Part shown: positions 62,428 to 64,000 of the stretch, piece after piece
Position numbering within the stretch: the stretch's first letter is position 1
How the letters are laid out: each line of letters starts with the position of its first letter
Notes under the pieces: generated by a model
Database searches by the model: none
The model's input: only the letters and a program-made list of their open reading frames with translations
Told to the model about the DNA's origin: nothing
Origin: Octopus sinensis
Lineage: Eukaryota
NCBI RefSeq assembly: GCF_006345805.1
Contig: NC_043008.1
Span: 37,386,001-37,450,000 of the forward strand
Length of the DNA: 64,000 nucleotides
Reading direction: 5' to 3'
Translations under genes and position numbers: made by a program

Positions 62428-62725
62428 TGGAGGCACATGGCCTAGTGGTTAGAGCAGTGGACTCGTGGTTGAGGGATTTGGTTTCAAATCTCTGACCTGG
62501 TGATGTGTGTGTTTATGAGCAAAACACCTAAGCTCCACACGGCTCCAGCAGAAGGTAATGGCGAACTTCTGCTGACTCTTTCGCCACAATTTTCTCTCAC
62601 TCTTTCCTCCTGCATCTTGCAGCTCACCTGCGATGGACCAGCATCCCATCCAGGTGGGGAACCTATATGTGAAGGAAACCAGAAAACCGGCCCTTATGAG
62701 CCAGGCATGGCTCGAGAAGTAACAA
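62428..62725 (+). mobile_element. tRNA-derived SINE family E variant
   Basis: tggcctagtggttag A-box, ggtttcaaatc B-box-like, tgagcaaaacacctaagctccac. Confidence 0.8.
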
Positions 62726-62744
62726 AAAATTGGTTTGTTTACCT

Positions 62745-62900
62745 ATACATAACTTATCAGTTTAGCAAAGGTGACTGATAGATTAAGTACCAGACTTGAA
62801 AACAAATTGTAAGTACAGGGTTTGATTTGTTGGACTAGACCCTTTGAGGTAGTGCTCCAGCATGGCTGCAGTCCAATGACTGAGACAAGTACAAGATACA
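62745..62900 (+). mobile_element. SINE family A 3' part
   Basis: gtgctccagcatggctgcagtccaatgactgagacaagt. Confidence 0.75.
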
Positions 62901-63334
62901 GGATGTAAATAAATGCATCTGGCATTTTGTCAAACACTCGTCATTCAGTTAATCTTGCACTAATATCCAGAAAATGCCGAATTTCTTGGACTGCTTGTGA
63001 AATCCATCAAAGAAATATAAAGCTGAGTCTAAATAACTTGGATTAAAAAGGACCCCGCTTTTGATGGCTTGACATTAATGGTACAAATTTATAGAACAGT
63101 TCCAGAGATAAATGAAAATATATTTTTTAATCTCTATCAAAGCAGACATTAACAAACAAGAGTGCTTATTAAATATTGTAATTTAGTACATCGTTTAGGC
63201 TATGTTCATATATAATCAATCATTTCCCTACCACCCCGCTTAATCCACACAAGATATTAAGTGAAAATAGTAAACTTTCCAGTTTCTATATTTTTATCTG
63301 AAATATTAACTCTGAAAAACATATGTTCGGAGAG

Positions 63335-63388
63335 ATGATAATGATGATGATGATGATCATAATACTAATAACAATAATAATAATAATG

Positions 63389-63439
<51 letters not shown>

Positions 63440-63670
63440 GTAACAATAATAATAATAATAATAATGATAATAATATTAATAATAATCATAATAATAGTAA
63501 TGATAGCAATGATAATAATAATAATGATAATGACTGTATGTGTGCATACATCATTGATTTGTATACAGACAACAAAACACAGAAAAAAAGAGGACATTTA
63601 TTTGACCCCACAAAAAATTCTTGCTTACATCTCAAAAAATTTAAATAAAATAATAATAATAATAATGATG

Positions 63671-63738
<68 letters not shown>

Positions 63739-63750
63739 GTAATAATCACA
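63335..63750. repeat. (AAT)n/(GAT)n microsatellites
   Basis: Direct. Confidence 0.95.
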
Positions 63751-64000
63751 ACAACAAAAACAGCAGCAGCAATTTGGTGAAATAGATACTGTATGCTTTT
63801 ATCATTGAAAACTTAACTTGTGCACTGTATGGCCAAATAATCACACAGGAAGCATTATAAGTCAATTGCTTAGGAAAAGAAACCATTAAGTGCGATGTGC
63901 AGTATCTCATCATTGATATATCTATAATTTTATATGTATTTATATGTGTGTGTGTGTGAGTGTGTGCATAAGAGAGTGTATGTGTGTGTGTGTGTATGTA

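Overview
AT-rich, repeat-saturated animal genomic DNA, probably intronic or intergenic. The SINE families and microsatellite load suggest octopus or another cephalopod; this is recognition from memory, not a database result. No host gene is confidently recognisable: there is one weak exon candidate near 7 kb, and most ORF-track entries are microsatellite artefacts. The window contains at least four SINE-like families, fragments of RTE, Tx1/L1-like and R4/Dong-like (RLE) LINEs, Tc1/mariner-pogo elements and MITEs, and a decayed Helitron Rep region that appears to carry an intron. The most interesting signal is a set of minimal type-I hammerhead-ribozyme (HHR) motifs of the kind known from Penelope-like elements (PLEs) and retrozymes. 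They occur in near-perfect fold-back palindromes, with HHR remnants reading outward on one or both strands, and in a ~190-bp monomer tandemly repeated between (TA)n tracts with a non-canonical CUGUGGA core. All were found by eye, none is shown to be active, and many boundaries are approximate.
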